The notes below the pieces were generated by a model that saw only the letters and a program-made list of their open reading frames with translations, had not been told where the DNA came from and did not search any database. From NCBI GenBank assembly GCA_965199335.1, contig CBDAQZ010000001.1:139051-203050 (forward strand): a stretch of DNA of 64,000 nucleotides. Direction: 5' to 3'. This DNA comes from Alphaproteobacteria bacterium. Lineage in GTDB: Bacteria; Pseudomonadota; Alphaproteobacteria; CALMVH01. This document shows, one piece after another, positions 61,891 to 64,000 of the stretch. Both the position numbers and the translations under genes were made by a program. Numbering within the stretch: the stretch's first letter is position 1; each line of letters starts with the position of its first letter.

Positions 61891-62802
61891 ATTAGCACCG
61901 CACCCCTTGTCGAGGTCCAGGACCTCGTTTTCGATTATCGCGACCAGCGCGCGCTGCATAACGTCTCGTTCGAGATTCCCGCTGGGTCGGTAACGGCGAT
62001 GGTCGGGCCCAATGGCGCCGGCAAGACCACTCTCTTGCGTTGCCTCGCGGCGCTCGACGATCCTCTTTCGGGCAGGATCGTCATCGATGGGCTGGATACG
62101 CAGGTCTCGCCGCGCCGGGCGCATATGAAGCTGGGTTTCCTGCAGGATTTCTTCGGCGTGTACGACACGTTGACCGTAAAGCAGAATCTGTTGCATGCGG
62201 CGGCGGCGATGCGGGTCCCGCGAGCGCATATCCCCGAGGCGGCGCGCACCGCAGTACTGGCCGTAGGGCTGGACGACTACATCGATCGCCGCGCGCACGA
62301 ACTTTCCCGCGGCCTGCGCCAACGCCTGGCGATCGCGCGCACCATCATCCACAATCCCAAGCTGCTGCTGCTCGACGAACCTGCCTCCGGCCTCGATCCC
62401 GATGCACGTCGCGAATTGTCCGACCTGATAAAGTCGCTGCAGGCGCGCGGCACGACCATCATCGTTTCCTCGCACATACTGACCGAATTGCAGGATTATT
62501 CGACCCACATGCTTTCGGTGCGCGACGGCAGGGTGAAGCCGGTGGTCGCCATCGGCGGGCAGACGCCGGAAGGACATCGCCTGGCCCTGACGGTCGTGGG
62601 CGCGGCGGACAAGGCGCTCGAGATGCTGCGCACCATTCCGGCGGTATCCGACATCCGCGAGACCGGCAGGCAGGTCTTCTTCAACTTCTCCGGCAGCGAG
62701 AGCGAGCAGGCGGGCCTGCTGCGCGGACTGATGGCCGGCGACGTCCAGGTGACCGAGTTCAGGGTCGCCAGCGAAAATCTTGAACAGCTTTACTTCGGGT
62801 AG
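61891..62802 (+). CDS. ABC transporter ATP-binding protein (ABC-2 type); probable ATT start
   Basis: GPNGAGKTT, LSRGLRQR, LLDEPASGLDP and SSH motifs; conserved N-terminal strands extend upstream of ATG 61999. Confidence 0.9.
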   Translation: MSTAPLVEVQDLVFDYRDQRALHNVSFEIPAGSVTAMVGPNGAGKTTLLRCLAALDDPLSGRIVIDGLDTQVSPRRAHMKLGFLQDFFGVYDTLTVKQNLLHAAAAMRVPRAHIPEAARTAVLAVGLDDYIDRRAHELSRGLRQRLAIARTIIHNPKLLLLDEPASGLDPDARRELSDLIKSLQARGTTIIVSSHILTELQDYSTHMLSVRDGRVKPVVAIGGQTPEGHRLALTVVGAADKALEMLRTIPAVSDIRETGRQVFFNFSGSESEQAGLLRGLMAGDVQVTEFRVASENLEQLYFG

Positions 62803-62806
62803 ACAC

Positions 62807-64000
62807 ATGAAACCATCCGCCCTGCTGACCTTGAATCCCGAACTGCAACGCAATCTGTGGCTGGAGCTTTCCTTCGGCCGCCTGGCCGGCATGGCGATCG
62901 TGATCGCGTTGATCACCGGCGGCGTTCATATGCTGGGCGGCAATGCCGGCGCGCCTCTCATGACCATGTTGTGGATCATATTGATCCTGTGGGGCACGCG
63001 TCTTGCCGCCGAAACCGTCAGCGACGAAATCATCGGCCGGACCTGGGACGTGCAACGCCTGTCGGCGCAGCGCGCTCCAGACCTGATCCTGGGCAAGTTC
63101 ATCGGCGGCACGAGCTATGTCTGGTATGGCGCCGCGGTGTGCGTTGCCGGCGTCTTCGCGTTCGCCCATGACCGGGTAAAGGACCTGCCCGATCTGCTGT
63201 TGCAGGGATTGCTGGCGCAGGCGGTGACATTGTTCGTGGCGCTGGCGATCCTGCGCTTCGGCATCGGTGGCCGCCGTCGCATCAGCAATCTATTTGCGCA
63301 GGCCAGCGGGATCGTGGTCACAGCAATTTTCAGCTTCTGGATTGCCGGCCAGTCCAACGAGATGGCGAATACGCCGTTCGCATACATGTTCGCCAGCTCG
63401 ACGGCGCACTGGTACGGTCTGTCTGTATCGGTCGTCAAATTCGTCAGGGTTGTGGAGATCGCAATGATCTTGTGGGCCTTCATCGGAATGATCCGTCTGA
63501 TGCGCCGCGAGCTTGGATATCGCGATGGTCCTGCGGGATGGAGCTACTTCGTATTGTTCCTGATGGTTATATGCGGCGGCTTCAAAACCCTTGCGACGGA
63601 TGCAGCCGTGCCGCGATTCGATTCGTTCGAGGCAGGGTTGATCGCCGCTTATATCGCCTTGCTGGGTCTGCCCGCTGGAATTTCCGAATCCCGAAAATTC
63701 ATTGCGACGTTCAAGGCGCGCAAATGGCGAGCCGCATGGCTATCGACCCCGCCATGGTTCGCCGCGGCCGTGCTTACAATACTGGCGGGGATAGTCCTTG
63801 GCGTAACCAGATCGTCGCAGGCGCCTCTGGTCGTTTCGGCGCTGGGCTTCCTGTTGCGCGACCTGATAATCGTCTACGGATTCCGTACACGGTTCGTGCG
63901 CCGCTCAGAGACGGCGCTGGTGGTCTATTTCGCGCTTGTCTACATACTGGCGCCCATCGTTACGACCGGCGGCGTTTTCATCCATGCGATCGATGGGCCG
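62807..64000 (+). CDS. Probable ABC-2 type permease (truncated by window end)
   Basis: ATG 62807, MKPSALLTLNPELQRNLWLELSFGRL, then hydrophobic segments and E...RTWD.QRLS...GK..G; follows the ATPase. Confidence 0.75.
   Translation, partial: MKPSALLTLNPELQRNLWLELSFGRLAGMAIVIALITGGVHMLGGNAGAPLMTMLWIILILWGTRLAAETVSDEIIGRTWDVQRLSAQRAPDLILGKFIGGTSYVWYGAAVCVAGVFAFAHDRVKDLPDLLLQGLLAQAVTLFVALAILRFGIGGRRRISNLFAQASGIVVTAIFSFWIAGQSNEMANTPFAYMFASSTAHWYGLSVSVVKFVRVVEIAMILWAFIGMIRLMRRELGYRDGPAGWSYFVLFLMVICGGFKTLATDAAVPRFDSFEAGLIAAYIALLGLPAGISESRKFIATFKARKWRAAWLSTPPWFAAAVLTILAGIVLGVTRSSQAPLVVSALGFLLRDLIIVYGFRTRFVRRSETALVVYFALVYILAPIVTTGGVFIHAIDGP

Overview
GC-rich alphaproteobacterial (Rhodospirillales-like, inferred from gene content) chromosomal window made mostly of housekeeping operons: a pentose-phosphate cluster (zwf 3' end, Cof-type HAD, rpe, pgl, rpiA), a YhdP/AsmA-like gene, a suf operon (Rrf2 regulator-sufB-sufC-sufD-sufS-sufU-sufT-sufA) next to irr, rimP-nusA-ylxR-infB-rbfA-truB-rpsO-pnp (interrupted by orphan genes), metK-trmB, lnt-corC-ybeY-phoH-miaB-olsA-olsB-mucR-rimI-tsaB, nfu-trpS-murJ-glnD, mutS, phoR-phoB, yefM-yoeB and an ABC transporter. 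The main unexplained signal is a candidate endonuclease-plus-palindrome mobile element family. Two DUF559 (Vsr-like) endonuclease genes are each enclosed by inward-facing palindromic arms (CCTCTCCC-loop-GGGAGAGG-[variable hairpin]-GGGTGAGGG) and sit inside conserved operons without breaking translational coupling. A gene-less MITE/REPIN-like copy (7692-7814) and a solo terminal hairpin that supplies the stop codons of two convergent genes (6938-6980) use the same arms. Secondary observations: a second GTCATTCCGG/GANTC palindrome family, three enzymes with degenerate catalytic motifs, a sigma-region-4 orphan protein, and two likely non-canonical start codons. All calls come from reading the sequence by eye; no searches were run.
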